A stretch of DNA of 64,000 bases, from the IMG/VR virus record IMGVR_UViG_3300021375_000018, positions 1-64,000 of that record; one strand, written 5' to 3'. This DNA is from a virus. A program made the translations under genes and the position numbers. The stretch's first letter is position 1. Each line of letters starts with the position of its first letter. The notes under the pieces were generated by a model. That model saw only the letters and a program-made list of their open reading frames with translations. It was not told where the DNA came from and did not search any database. Of this stretch, positions 21,701 through 31,844 are shown piece by piece.

Positions 21701-22278
21701 TTAGAAAAGATATGAAACAGCTTCTTTTATTGAGATTTAAGGAAAGTATGTATTCTGAAGGAAGTCGTGGATATGAAAAAAATAGAGACTTTGCTGAACA
21801 TTTCTTGGGTGCAATTAACGATTACAAGCCTAAAGACAAAACAGGATCAATATTTAACTATAACAAGTCACAGGGTGAAATTAATGAATCAGCTGCTTCT
21901 TTACAAAGTTTGAAAATGGGTGAATCAAACGCAAAATATTCTCAAAATTATAAAAGCAACATTAAAGCAAGAGACCAAATTGATTCAATACGTAATCAAC
22001 TTATAGAAAAAGCACTTTCTGATGGTAAAGTAACTACTCAAGAGTTACAAGCAATTAGAGAATTAATTACTGCTTTTAAAAATGGTACTCAAAAATCTGT
22101 AGAGCTAACATTAAATGATGAAGTTATAGCCACATCATTCATAAACTTATTGGGTGATCCTAATATGAATGCAAATCTTCAAAATACTATACAATCTCTA
22201 AGCGCAAACAATGGCGTTGCTTTACAACCTGCTAATGGTAATTCACGGACTAATAGACAAGCTGCAAATGACAAGTAA
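18763..22278 (+). CDS. Tape measure protein
   Basis: 1171 aa, helical, Ala/Gly hydrophobic stretch, FDTFEGAA..AAQL motif; follows tube and chaperone. Confidence 0.8.
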   Translation: MSVDKTVNVEQVNSQTDSINSLTKSIDKLFGSVNKLSKSYESQSSILNNYSSSFQQSANAMSNFNDMSDLSINSISSLDDATKDLSDTIGSQLTSSLEDASKKLKSTRESFQKFEENMKKSSDVLSIFTQPLSKITALIPGLNKAFKSIGGFTKSSYSLYKSVSLTTDTFGKFALVSKGIGAVLGGVVGAGLGVVSFAFNAVTKAAGFALSAVSGFASFAMNVFKGIKDVAFGFVKTIMTIPLQIAKVSAEVGNKLRKIIVEQIGNASEDSKKLFDHSSELGKTIASVSLQTIGLIGAFTQTNSEATRLFGTFENYQKKQYEAVDSLGQFADLYGAQLARGTKEAYYFEQAQQALSLTATDNLYLVTEAAKNGEAVYSTIERRRFALESVSKEFDLDRKRLSTNFNKLRVDITNFGHLSDNELYKVTARATELGLEVKGLTSIFSKFDTFEGAATSAAQLSQMFGMNVDALDLIRAKDPMEIVDMFREAMFQTGRSFDDMNRHEKSLLASQTGMSAEQLKIAMNFRTMGKSAEETRAAMAAATPEGKQIKAIKEMSGVIKSFKKTLEFNNLFDSIKHGFDNMIIRNAKLRKAFMGMSLGYEGIANFITGLSKNKDVTGALEALAGVVRQITTILTGPDMKKAITTGIKFISNAIQYIMFEYNRLANNTDINEFGTKLEGNIRSLFGPKSVLYKIADSLWKVGKKIAKGIIFGFLLVFPDIASSLFDTFRNAITSISRMLKGDESTKGFKKWVMSLFGSSEKEANKIAGEWSNLFTKIKDEWNKDGGIFDLDTGPFATMFDYLTNKLKSVGLPIGAAIGDAITKSIASNFPKLASFFGMSDDDIEKYNRKQGKTLLTDARSKVGKKGGVKGLEEATGKLEKKVFHHDVFDDDWTSSATKSMVKGALDNSALQQSNQLLLAAKEAEMAAKYKDVNSADIVSKLKKEQTEEWFGNIEEDNISGYIEKAAANQGEMTTDQLHRFRKDMKQLLLLRFKESMYSEGSRGYEKNRDFAEHFLGAINDYKPKDKTGSIFNYNKSQGEINESAASLQSLKMGESNAKYSQNYKSNIKARDQIDSIRNQLIEKALSDGKVTTQELQAIRELITAFKNGTQKSVELTLNDEVIATSFINLLGDPNMNANLQNTIQSLSANNGVALQPANGNSRTNRQAANDK

Positions 22279-22304
22279 CCAAGCTGCAACAGAAAGATAA
22301 TAAA

Positions 22305-22556
22305 ATGAAAGTAATAGATATAGACCCAAAGAAGAATACAGATGGCGCAAAGATTATAGAAATGATGTCTGTTATAATTTCTAAGAAAATGAATATGGAA
22401 TATGATATAGTTTATAAAATGTTAAACAGCAGTGTAGAAAATAGGTTAGAAGTATTAGCTAAAAACATTTCAGATAATAAGTATAATGGTAATATATCAT
22501 CAAAACTTAAAGATATGAATTTAGAAGATATATTAGACAAGTCAATTAAGGACTAA
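22305..22556 (+). CDS. Hypothetical protein
   Basis: ORF in the tail operon. Confidence 0.45.
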   Translation: MKVIDIDPKKNTDGAKIIEMMSVIISKKMNMEYDIVYKMLNSSVENRLEVLAKNISDNKYNGNISSKLKDMNLEDILDKSIKD

Positions 22557-22560
22557 AATA

Positions 22561-25128
22561 ATGAAAAAGTATGTTCTATTAAAAAATGGTGATGTTAAAG
22601 TTGTTACTTTTGATGATGATGGTCAGGTTGAAGACGAAAAAGGTAAAGACATATCAGCAAAGCTTGCTAGTAAGCAAGTAAGAGACAGTATCTATGATAA
22701 CTCAGAAAAGTCTATAATAAAACAAGATTCTTCTTTTGGAAACAATAACGAAACAATAGAAACATACAGTAACCTTTACAAAAATGAGTCTATATACGCA
22801 ACTGAATTTGAAATGCTCACAGGATACAGACTAGGTGGATCTAGAAAAGAAAAGTTTGACGTTCAAGAAATATTTAGTTTTTTAGGTGACATTATAGCTG
22901 ATATTGCTTTTATAGAGACAATTGTAGAAGTTAATAAAATATTGCAAGGTGAAAATAACGTAGAAGAGAATTACAGCTTTAGATTTGGAAACTATACAAT
23001 ACCTTCTTTAGACATAATTTCAGAATATATTTTCAAAGTATTAAATTATCCAAAAGAAAAAGTTTCTTTAACCGAAAGATTTGTTTCTTTTTTTGCTGGA
23101 TTTAATTTGTGGTTAAAACCTGATAATATATTGGATTTAGATGAGCTATTAAAAGAAGTATCTGGTGGTTTAGGTAGTGAATTTAATAGTTTATATGATT
23201 TAGTTCCTAAAGTAGCTTTTAAAGTACCTTTACTTGATATTGCATTATCAATTGCTATACTAGGAATTGAAAACTTAATTACATTTTCAAACTCACAAGA
23301 CAAAAGAATGAAGTTACTATTTAATAAATTTAAAATGGAAAGAGAATGGAAAAATAATTATCTTTATAAATCCAAAGGGAAAGGCACATTATCAAAAGAT
23401 TTAGATCTACCAAAGATTGAAGATAATGTAAACTTAGTTGAACTAGATTATTACTTTTTTAGATTTTATATTGAAAGAATTCATGTAGGTTCTAAACTAG
23501 TAAAGTATCAATTAAAAAGAAAGACACCTTTACCTTTAAGGACAAAAGAGTCACCTTTTACAAGAGTAGGTAGTAGTAGATTTCAAAATATATTAAAACA
23601 CGAGATAAATAGTGATAAAAAATATAATTGGAGTTCTGAAAATACAAAAACAAACGGTAAGATTCATGAACAGTCAACAAGACTAAGATCTCTACCACAA
23701 GGATTGATGTTACATGATGATATAATTGAAACAATAATTTTAAATTCTAATTTAAACGAAAAAGACTCAGTTTTATCAATAGGTGATGACTTATTACAAA
23801 ACTTTTATAAAGCAAAAGATAAAGAAAAAAGATTACCTTCAAAATTAGTTCAAGAAATAGAAAACACATTAGAAGCTGAGTATATGCCTTTTTATTTGCA
23901 TGACGTAAGAACAAATGAAATAATATCAATGCATGCTTTTATAGATAACATAGCAGACTCATTTAGCCCAGAATATACAACAACTTCAGGCTTTGGTAGG
24001 ATAGATGATGTTAGATCATATGTTAAAACAAATAGACAAATAAACTTAACTTTTAAAATTGTTTCAACTTCTCAAAGTGATCATGACTTAATGTGGTATC
24101 AAGTCAACAAAATTGTTTCAATGGTTTACCCACAATGGTCAGATGCTTTCCCAGCATTTAAAACAGATGATAATGACAATAAAACTTTTGCAAATTTTAA
24201 GTATCCATTTTCTCAAGTTCCAACTTCTTCACCACTTGTAAGACTTAGAGTAGGTGATGTTATAAAGTCAAACTATAGCAGAACAAGTCTTTCAAGATTA
24301 CATGGACTTACAAGTTTTGCTAATCCTAATAAAATGACTAAAAACGTCAAGATAAACAATAAAAAAACAGAAGTTACAGATAAAAGTATAGTGTTTGAAA
24401 AAGGATCCGATGAGCATATACTTTTGCCCGGCATGTACAGAGATAATGCGTTTTCTGGAGAAAATTTTTTAGACTCTGTATCAGACTTTGATATGGGATA
24501 TTTTAATATTAAAAAGCCTGTTAAAGTTAAAAATATAGGTAGTTCATTTTCAATAGGTAAAAGCTTTGTTTCTAAAGTAAAAGTTATTGAAGAAAATCAC
24601 CCAGCAAAAGATAAGGTGCTAACTGTTGATGTAAGAAGTATTATTAATAAAAAAAGTATGTATAAATTAGAGCAAGAAGATACAACCTCGACAACCACTG
24701 ATGTTATCCCAAAGCCTAAAAAAGATATAAAAATGGATAATATGTCTTTGGGTGATACTAATAAGATAATGAGTCCTGTTGATAGTGAGGGTAGACAAAA
24801 CAATCCAATAACAAAAGCTTATGAGAGTGGTATGAGTAGAGGTTTAGCAGGATTTATAACAAATTTAGATATAAGTTATAACGAGTTTACTTGGGAAACA
24901 AGCAGAGTAGGATCTAAAGCACCAATGATGGTTTCTGTTACAATGGCATTTGCTCCAATACATGATATACCGCCAGGTTTAGATCATAATGGAATGATGA
25001 GAGCACCAATATATAATGTTGGAAGAATAAACAACGAAATTTTTGGTGATCCGCATGATGGAGACAATGGATTAAATTCAGGGCGTAGAGAAACTTTAAA
25101 ATATCTTAAAAAGTTTATTAAGGAGTAA
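22561..25128 (+). CDS. Baseplate / tail-tube initiator-like protein
   Basis: MPFYLHDVRTNEII..AFI, GFGRIDDV, YPQW, SPLVRLRVGD, WET..GSKAP motifs; synteny. Confidence 0.6.
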   Translation: MKKYVLLKNGDVKVVTFDDDGQVEDEKGKDISAKLASKQVRDSIYDNSEKSIIKQDSSFGNNNETIETYSNLYKNESIYATEFEMLTGYRLGGSRKEKFDVQEIFSFLGDIIADIAFIETIVEVNKILQGENNVEENYSFRFGNYTIPSLDIISEYIFKVLNYPKEKVSLTERFVSFFAGFNLWLKPDNILDLDELLKEVSGGLGSEFNSLYDLVPKVAFKVPLLDIALSIAILGIENLITFSNSQDKRMKLLFNKFKMEREWKNNYLYKSKGKGTLSKDLDLPKIEDNVNLVELDYYFFRFYIERIHVGSKLVKYQLKRKTPLPLRTKESPFTRVGSSRFQNILKHEINSDKKYNWSSENTKTNGKIHEQSTRLRSLPQGLMLHDDIIETIILNSNLNEKDSVLSIGDDLLQNFYKAKDKEKRLPSKLVQEIENTLEAEYMPFYLHDVRTNEIISMHAFIDNIADSFSPEYTTTSGFGRIDDVRSYVKTNRQINLTFKIVSTSQSDHDLMWYQVNKIVSMVYPQWSDAFPAFKTDDNDNKTFANFKYPFSQVPTSSPLVRLRVGDVIKSNYSRTSLSRLHGLTSFANPNKMTKNVKINNKKTEVTDKSIVFEKGSDEHILLPGMYRDNAFSGENFLDSVSDFDMGYFNIKKPVKVKNIGSSFSIGKSFVSKVKVIEENHPAKDKVLTVDVRSIINKKSMYKLEQEDTTSTTTDVIPKPKKDIKMDNMSLGDTNKIMSPVDSEGRQNNPITKAYESGMSRGLAGFITNLDISYNEFTWETSRVGSKAPMMVSVTMAFAPIHDIPPGLDHNGMMRAPIYNVGRINNEIFGDPHDGDNGLNSGRRETLKYLKKFIKE

Positions 25129-25131
25129 TCA

Positions 25132-25398
25132 ATGGCTGTAATTAATAGATATGATAGCTTTGGAAATAGTATTGCTAATAAAATATATTTTGCAAGACAA
25201 AACAACCAAATAGACACAAAAGTTGTTGTAACTGAATCTTCAAAAAGACTTGATCATTATGCATATGAGGAGTACGATGAAGGATTAAATTGGTGGATAA
25301 TCGCAGCTGCAAGTGGTATAGGATGGTGGCTTCAAGTACCTCCTGGAACAGTTCTATATATTCCAACAGACTTACAACAAATCGAAAACTTAAAATAA
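25132..25398 (+). CDS. LysM-like baseplate wedge protein (gp53 / tail X-like)
   Basis: RLDHYAYEEY..WWIIAAASGI..PGTVLYIP. Confidence 0.7.
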   Translation: MAVINRYDSFGNSIANKIYFARQNNQIDTKVVVTESSKRLDHYAYEEYDEGLNWWIIAAASGIGWWLQVPPGTVLYIPTDLQQIENLK

Positions 25399-25415
25399 AA
25401 AAAGTAGATTAAATA

Positions 25416-28400
25416 ATGAGTAAAAATTCAATTTCAGCTTTAAGAGCTAGTAAAGTAAGTAAATTTTTAAATATTCTATCTGAATCTGATACAGTAAAAC
25501 ATTTAAATAGACAAAAAGAATCAGGCACTAGCTCTGATGAAATTACAAGTAGCGCAGCTGATGCAATATCTGATATGTTTCAATCGATTTCAAGAGAAGC
25601 AATGACAACATATGAGATTCTAAAGCATATGCATGAAAACTACACTGATGCAGATATAAAAAAAGTCTCAGATAAAATAAAAATCTTGCATAGCTCTTTA
25701 ACTTATGACATAACAACAAAACCAAAAACAACACCAAAATCAGAAGTCGGCAATCCAACAAATGCAAACTCTCCTTTTATTTTAAAACAAAACGATAAAT
25801 ACTTTGGAAGATTTAATTCAAAGTATAGAAAAGACGTAATGGGAATAAATAGTCCTGATCCTGATGTTGTTGTAGGTATTGAAGCTTTTGGTCAGTTTAA
25901 CAAAGACAATAAAGCAAAAAACACACAAGATAAAAAGATGATAAGTGTGAATAGTAAACCAAAAAGCCCTAATCCAATTGCACCAGGATTATCAATTATA
26001 TTGCATAACGATGCTAATTTTAGATGTGGATCAAGAAATGCTTTGGAACTTGCTACTTTTTGGAATATACTAAGTAATATTGAGATGAGTAAATGCTATC
26101 CATTCTTAAATGCAACTTTTTCTTTACCTAAGATATTAAGACAAAAGAGTTCAGTTACTTCATTTAAAACAAGCACAATAAATCAATTTATTGACGGTAC
26201 TTTAGTGCCAGAAAACAAAACTGATACTTATGATTTTTTTGAAGCGTCTATAGGAAAAACCTTAAATAATAAAAGTAAAAAGAGAGAGACTGAATTGGGT
26301 GTTGATGCAAACTTTTCTATTTTTACTTCTCCTCAAACTTTAAACAATTTCAATGAAAATTCTGGACATTTAGAAAATTTTATGTCTAAAGAGGGAAATT
26401 CTTTTAAAAGTTCTATAAAAAATAGAATAACTACACCTCATGACTTAACTAGACCTTTTATGACTATTAAATCGTTTGATATAGATGTAGCACCTTCGCA
26501 AGGTCTTATGTCATTTAAGACTGGAAGACTTAGTCTTGTTTTACATGATAGAACAAGAATGGGAGATATTGCACCTTTTATTAAACCTGATCTGTTTGGA
26601 TCGTTTGGTGCTGAGATTACTATTGAGTATGGTTGGTCACATATAGATGTTGGTGATAATAAAACTAGCGATAATAAAAATTATATTGCTGAATTTTTAA
26701 ATGATTCTAGAGTTGTTGAAAAATATATTATTACAAACTCTTCGTTTAGAATAGACAAAGCAGGACTTGTAAATATTGACTTAGCAATAGCTATGAGAGG
26801 CCCACTAGATATTAGACAAGCATTTATAGAAGGTAATTCTTCAAAAAAAGTGTCATCAAATCAAATTAAACTTGATTTAAACAATTTACAAGGTAATTTG
26901 ATTAAATTACAACGAGAGTGCATAAGATTTAATAACGATGATGCAGCCAATAATCCAGAAAACAAATCAGTTATAATTAACGGACTTAATGATTCACTTT
27001 TAAATTTTATTAAAAAAACAGCTTTAGATAGCTTTACTATTAAAGTATATAAAAAGGATAAAGCTTTTAATAAAGCTATAAAAGATTTTGTTAATCTAGA
27101 GGGAAAAAAACTTAATAAAAAATTTAACAAAATAAATAATGATGATTCTGAAAATGATTTGTTTAAGTTTTCTAGTGGTCAGGAAAAATCTTTAATAAAT
27201 AATGATGGTATAAACAGCGTAAAAAAAGAAGTTATTAAAAGTATAAAATCATTACAAGCTTCAATTATTGGACATATTGTTAGTCTAAGAGGCAATAAAA
27301 AAGATAGAGAAGACATTTTTAATGATCTTCATTTCAATGTTGAGATTGATGCTTTTTTTGATAAAAACTGGTATGTATCAAGAACTGGCAAGAAAAATGC
27401 AACAGGTAAAGACAAGAATAAAGCTCTAAAAGAATTAAAAGAAGGCACAACTTTTGATGGATATATTACTTTTGGTTCTATAATAAATAAAATAGTAGCG
27501 ACGCACTTGACAAATTTAGGTAAGTTTGATGAAACTCAAGTAATTTTTTATACTGCTAATGAATTTTGTGGAGAGATGTCTTCTAGAAATATTGCTTCTT
27601 TTCTTATAAGTAAGGAAGAATATAAATTATTTTTAAATGATATTTTTACAAATAAGAACAGATATACTATCGAGTCTTTTCTTGGGTTAGTAATTAAAGA
27701 GTTTATAGAAGATAAAAGTCAAATAATGTATGGCTTTAGTGACTTATTTAAAAAGAAGGACACAAATTCATATAAAAAAGTGCCTATTGAAAAAAAGACA
27801 GAAGATTTTAAGGAAAAAGTAGACGCTAGATTGAAAGAAATATATGCAGCGCAGGCTGGAGGTAAAAAACTAAATAAAAGTTTTGATTTTAAAATGCCAA
27901 GAGTAGGATTTACTTTTGACACGTTGACTTCAAAAGAAGATAATTATAATAGAGTAATTAGTAGATTATCTATTTATGATAAAAACGATAATCCTTTTGG
28001 TTCATTAAACAGTATTATGAAAGAGTTAAATGCTTCTGAGGGTGTTTTAAAATTAAACAATGAACTAACAAAGCTCAGGAAAGAACACGCAAGTAAAAGT
28101 GGAAGTAGTTTGCCATATGAATTTTATGAAAAAAGTCAAAAAATAATTGAAAAATTTACTCCTAATTTTATAGAAGAAGATCCAAACAATAAAGGTGTAT
28201 ATATTATAAAAAACTCATCAAATGGAGTTGCTAGTTTAAAAAACAAGTTTAAAGAAATGATGCCTTCAATAACATATGGATCTCAAAATTCTGGTATAAT
28301 AGATGCTTCTTTGACTACAGTTAATGAATCAAAAATGAATACAGTGTTTCTTACTAGACCTGATCGTAATAAGGTTATTAGCAATGTCTTAACTTCTTTT

Positions 28401-29696
28401 GACAAAGACTTACCTTTAAGAGTATTGCCATCCCAGGCTTCTATTACAATGTTTGGATGTCCTTACTTAAACTTTGCACAATTTATTTACTTAGACTTTG
28501 AAACAGGAACAACAATTGACAATACTTATAGCGTCGCTAGTCTTAAACATAGCATAACACCCGGGTCTTTTAAAACAACAGCAACACTTACTTATGGAGA
28601 TGTTTATGGAAAATATGAAGTTGCACAAGGTATTATATCAGATGTGATAAAAAGAATAGATGATATAGAGGAACCTAAAACAGTTGAAATTGGCAATAAT
28701 GATAGCACAAAAGTTAAAGTTGCAAGCAATAATAGTAGTATTAAAAAGACTATTGTTATAAGGAAAATTAAAAGAGAAGATGTTTTTGACAAAGAATTAA
28801 GTATCTTCTTGTTTTCGTTAGCAAAAGAATATAAATTTAATTTTAACGTAAACTTTAAAAACAGCAATAAAAACAAAATACATTTTGAAATTGACAACAA
28901 TAAAGGTAGAAAAATAGCAGCAAAGTCTAGCCTTAATAATATCAACTCAAATATTGAAATTACCAGCGAAAGTTCTGTTACAAAATTTGACTTTAAATAC
29001 GATGCTTTTATATTTAAAAATTTTAGTAATACAGAAAAACTAACAGAAATACCTTTTGTAATAAAGTCTTATGAGATAAACAAGAAAAATAAATTGTTTG
29101 CTATTGATCTTTTGCAAACTGAAAAAAATGAAAGTATTCTTACAAATATCTTTAGTCATAACTTCTTTTTAAAATTTAAAAATATTCCAACATCTATAAT
29201 AGGAAGTTGTTCAGGCTCAACTTTAGAAATAGACGCTTTTTATATTGATTTTACTTCTAATAAACATAAAAAAGTTTTAGAAATAGAAAATGGTACAGAA
29301 ATTAATTTTCTTGGTAGCATTTTTCCTCTTATAAATCCAGACATAGATACGATTGCAAATCCTCCTATAATAAGTTATTATATAACAAGAGAAATAGAAG
29401 TAGTAAACAAATTATATTTTGTAACTGTAGAGGTTTCACAAGATAAAGATATTGTTGATCAATTAAAATCAAAATATGAGTCAAGAATTGTAATTAATAA
29501 TATTAGTTTAAACGATTTAAGTAGAAAATATGTTAATGATATTAAAAAACTTCCTGATGATTTAACGAAAGTTGTTAAAGATACGTTTTATAGTAAACAC
29601 AGTGACAAACCAGAAGAAGAAAAATTTAAAATTTATATCCCAGTCAGTATAATAACAAATTTATTTTTTCAAAATATATTTGAAGTTATAAATTAA
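25416..29696 (+). CDS. Large baseplate hub-like protein
   Basis: IEYGWSH, ITMFGCP, Y.V..LKHSITPG.F.T motifs; follows the LysM-like gene. Confidence 0.55.
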   Translation: MSKNSISALRASKVSKFLNILSESDTVKHLNRQKESGTSSDEITSSAADAISDMFQSISREAMTTYEILKHMHENYTDADIKKVSDKIKILHSSLTYDITTKPKTTPKSEVGNPTNANSPFILKQNDKYFGRFNSKYRKDVMGINSPDPDVVVGIEAFGQFNKDNKAKNTQDKKMISVNSKPKSPNPIAPGLSIILHNDANFRCGSRNALELATFWNILSNIEMSKCYPFLNATFSLPKILRQKSSVTSFKTSTINQFIDGTLVPENKTDTYDFFEASIGKTLNNKSKKRETELGVDANFSIFTSPQTLNNFNENSGHLENFMSKEGNSFKSSIKNRITTPHDLTRPFMTIKSFDIDVAPSQGLMSFKTGRLSLVLHDRTRMGDIAPFIKPDLFGSFGAEITIEYGWSHIDVGDNKTSDNKNYIAEFLNDSRVVEKYIITNSSFRIDKAGLVNIDLAIAMRGPLDIRQAFIEGNSSKKVSSNQIKLDLNNLQGNLIKLQRECIRFNNDDAANNPENKSVIINGLNDSLLNFIKKTALDSFTIKVYKKDKAFNKAIKDFVNLEGKKLNKKFNKINNDDSENDLFKFSSGQEKSLINNDGINSVKKEVIKSIKSLQASIIGHIVSLRGNKKDREDIFNDLHFNVEIDAFFDKNWYVSRTGKKNATGKDKNKALKELKEGTTFDGYITFGSIINKIVATHLTNLGKFDETQVIFYTANEFCGEMSSRNIASFLISKEEYKLFLNDIFTNKNRYTIESFLGLVIKEFIEDKSQIMYGFSDLFKKKDTNSYKKVPIEKKTEDFKEKVDARLKEIYAAQAGGKKLNKSFDFKMPRVGFTFDTLTSKEDNYNRVISRLSIYDKNDNPFGSLNSIMKELNASEGVLKLNNELTKLRKEHASKSGSSLPYEFYEKSQKIIEKFTPNFIEEDPNNKGVYIIKNSSNGVASLKNKFKEMMPSITYGSQNSGIIDASLTTVNESKMNTVFLTRPDRNKVISNVLTSFDKDLPLRVLPSQASITMFGCPYLNFAQFIYLDFETGTTIDNTYSVASLKHSITPGSFKTTATLTYGDVYGKYEVAQGIISDVIKRIDDIEEPKTVEIGNNDSTKVKVASNNSSIKKTIVIRKIKREDVFDKELSIFLFSLAKEYKFNFNVNFKNSNKNKIHFEIDNNKGRKIAAKSSLNNINSNIEITSESSVTKFDFKYDAFIFKNFSNTEKLTEIPFVIKSYEINKKNKLFAIDLLQTEKNESILTNIFSHNFFLKFKNIPTSIIGSCSGSTLEIDAFYIDFTSNKHKKVLEIENGTEINFLGSIFPLINPDIDTIANPPIISYYITREIEVVNKLYFVTVEVSQDKDIVDQLKSKYESRIVINNISLNDLSRKYVNDIKKLPDDLTKVVKDTFYSKHSDKPEEEKFKIYIPVSIITNLFFQNIFEVIN

Positions 29697-29739
29697 AATT
29701 AATTGTGTAAAAATAAAAAAATGTATATATTATATTTTT

Positions 29740-30798
29740 ATGAAAGATGAATATAAATTATATAATATAGAAGATATAAATAAGTATGATAAATTCTTTA
29801 GTATGTTTAGTAATAAATTATCTATAGAAGTAATATTAGAAGTTTTACCTGAATTTTACAAAAAAGAATTTATTAAAGATTTAGAAATTTGTGATTCTAA
29901 GCTATTAGAATTAGATAAATACTTTAATTATTTAGACATTTTCTCAAAAAAACAAAAAATATTTAGTAATTTAAATAGAGCTAAGATTAATAAAATATCT
30001 TATAAAGTATTTAAAGAGCTAGAAAAAAACGAAACACTACAATCAAATCTTAATAGCTTTAAGCCTATTAGAGGTTATGCAGAAGTTGTATCATATGAAC
30101 AAATAAAAACAATTTCAGGACGATTGATAAATAAAACTTCAAGTCCTAAGATATTGACATTACCTGTAAGACATAGAAAGATATTTGAATCTAGATGGAC
30201 TCAAGAAGGTGACTTATTACAAATTGATTTTAAGTCTCTTGAACCTAGAGTTATAAGAAAGATAAATGGAAAAGATGCAGGTGATGATATCTATATGGAT
30301 ATTGCTGATGGTTTAGACTTTAAAGTTGATCGTCTTATTATTAAAAGAGCAATCATATCAATACTATACGGAAGCAACTCTCAAATAGACGGCTTAAGTA
30401 AAGAAAGAAGTGATATCGTATTAAATGCAACAAAAGAATATTTTGATATTAAAGCAACATTGCAAAAGGCATCAAAAGAATACGACGTTGATTGCAGAAG
30501 CAATTTCTATGGAAGACCTATATGGAATATCAAAGAAACAAAAGAAAACAAAATCGTAAACAACTACATACAATCTACAGCTGTTGATGTGGCATTATTA
30601 TACTTCTCAGAATTATGTGATAAATTAGATCTTGATTTATGCAAACCGCTTTTTATAATTCACGATGCTTTGGTATGTGACGTACATAAAAGCTATAAAG
30701 AAGAATTCTCAAAAATTGTAAATGAAGGTTATAACTGTAACAAACTAGGAAACTTTCCTGTTGAAATAACTAATGTATTGGAGTCAATATATGAATAA
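29740..30798 (+). CDS. Minimal family A DNA polymerase (polymerase domain only)
   Basis: TISGRL; motif A DFKSLEPR; motif B K..IISILYG; NYIQSTAVD; motif C IHDA. Confidence 0.8.
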   Translation: MKDEYKLYNIEDINKYDKFFSMFSNKLSIEVILEVLPEFYKKEFIKDLEICDSKLLELDKYFNYLDIFSKKQKIFSNLNRAKINKISYKVFKELEKNETLQSNLNSFKPIRGYAEVVSYEQIKTISGRLINKTSSPKILTLPVRHRKIFESRWTQEGDLLQIDFKSLEPRVIRKINGKDAGDDIYMDIADGLDFKVDRLIIKRAIISILYGSNSQIDGLSKERSDIVLNATKEYFDIKATLQKASKEYDVDCRSNFYGRPIWNIKETKENKIVNNYIQSTAVDVALLYFSELCDKLDLDLCKPLFIIHDALVCDVHKSYKEEFSKIVNEGYNCNKLGNFPVEITNVLESIYE

Positions 30799-31402
30799 AC
30801 TAATTGAAAGAGATGTAGAATCTCTTTGGAATAAATATGAAAAGCTACTTTCAGTCTTAAACGATGAAGGAGTTAATAAACTAATTGAAGATCATGGACA
30901 AAGAATTATAGAATGTTCATACTCACAAAAAATATCAGAACCTTACTGTGGAATCGGTGGTCTTGTAGCTTACAGTCTAGACTTAGCAAAAAATGCGAAA
31001 GTATTATCACAAACATTAAAATATGATATTACAGCGCACTCTATTATAAAATGTGCTTTACTATCTGAAGTTGGTAGAATTGGTACAGAGCATATTAGTA
31101 GATTTATACTTTCAACTTCAGACTGGCACAAAGAAAAATTAGGAATGTATTTTGATTGGAATGAATCATGTCCAAAATATAATGTATATCATATGTCTTT
31201 GTGGTACATTCAAAAATATAAAATTCATCTTTCTTGGGAAGAGTGGCAAACAATTATGCTAATGACTTCGCAGTCTTCTGAAGATTCAAAGTTTTATGGC
31301 AATCATAAATCAAATCTTTCTTTATTACTTTCTATTTCTAAAGATATAGTGATTAAAAAAGAAAAAGATGTTATTGATGGTGTAGATAGGATTCCTTTTT
31401 AA
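30773..31402 (+). CDS. HD-domain-like protein with degenerate metal ligands
   Basis: GGLVAYSL...ALLSEVGRIG resembles GGL..HSL...ALLHD.GKIG; likely start at ATG 30791. Confidence 0.5.
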   Translation: MYWSQYMNKLIERDVESLWNKYEKLLSVLNDEGVNKLIEDHGQRIIECSYSQKISEPYCGIGGLVAYSLDLAKNAKVLSQTLKYDITAHSIIKCALLSEVGRIGTEHISRFILSTSDWHKEKLGMYFDWNESCPKYNVYHMSLWYIQKYKIHLSWEEWQTIMLMTSQSSEDSKFYGNHKSNLSLLLSISKDIVIKKEKDVIDGVDRIPF

Positions 31403-31425
31403 TATTTATATAAAAAGGAGTCAAC

Positions 31426-31725
31426 ATGAATGAAAATGATTTATATTATCTTGTTTTAGAATCACTAATAGAAGAAGCAGAGCTTAATGAATTCAGCACA
31501 ATGGGTGGAGGTGCTGTGGGTGGAGTATCAGTACCTTTAGGCGCTGGACCAAGTGGAAAAGTTATTTATAGAGACGGAAACGATAAAAGTGATTCTGCAT
31601 ACAAAGAAAAACCAGGAAATAACAAGAAGAAGAAAAAGAGTAGAAAGAAAAAAACTTACAATAAGTCAGTTCAGCATTACTTAAAAAATGGTGGTGAGAA
31701 GACAAGAAAAAGATCATTTAAATAA
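31426..31725 (+). CDS. Small protein: acidic leader, Gly-rich segment, Lys-rich tail (probable virion core protein)
   Basis: LVLESLIEEAELNE leader; AGGAG RBS. Confidence 0.5.
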   Translation: MNENDLYYLVLESLIEEAELNEFSTMGGGAVGGVSVPLGAGPSGKVIYRDGNDKSDSAYKEKPGNNKKKKKSRKKKTYNKSVQHYLKNGGEKTRKRSFK

Positions 31726-31746
31726 AAAATTAAAATTATAAAAAAT

Positions 31747-31775
31747 GTGTAAATATTAAAACAATAAATTATAAT
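31747..31775 (+). promoter_or_regulatory. Early/middle promoter GTGTAA-N17-TATAAT
   Basis: Exact motif; same spacing recurs at 42774, 43528, 46166, 54175, 55333, 59446, 59605. Confidence 0.75.
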
Positions 31776-31844
31776 TCAAATGTATTAAACAAATACAAAT
31801 TAAAAAATGCCAAATTAAAAATTAAATATTCGGAAAGGAATAAC

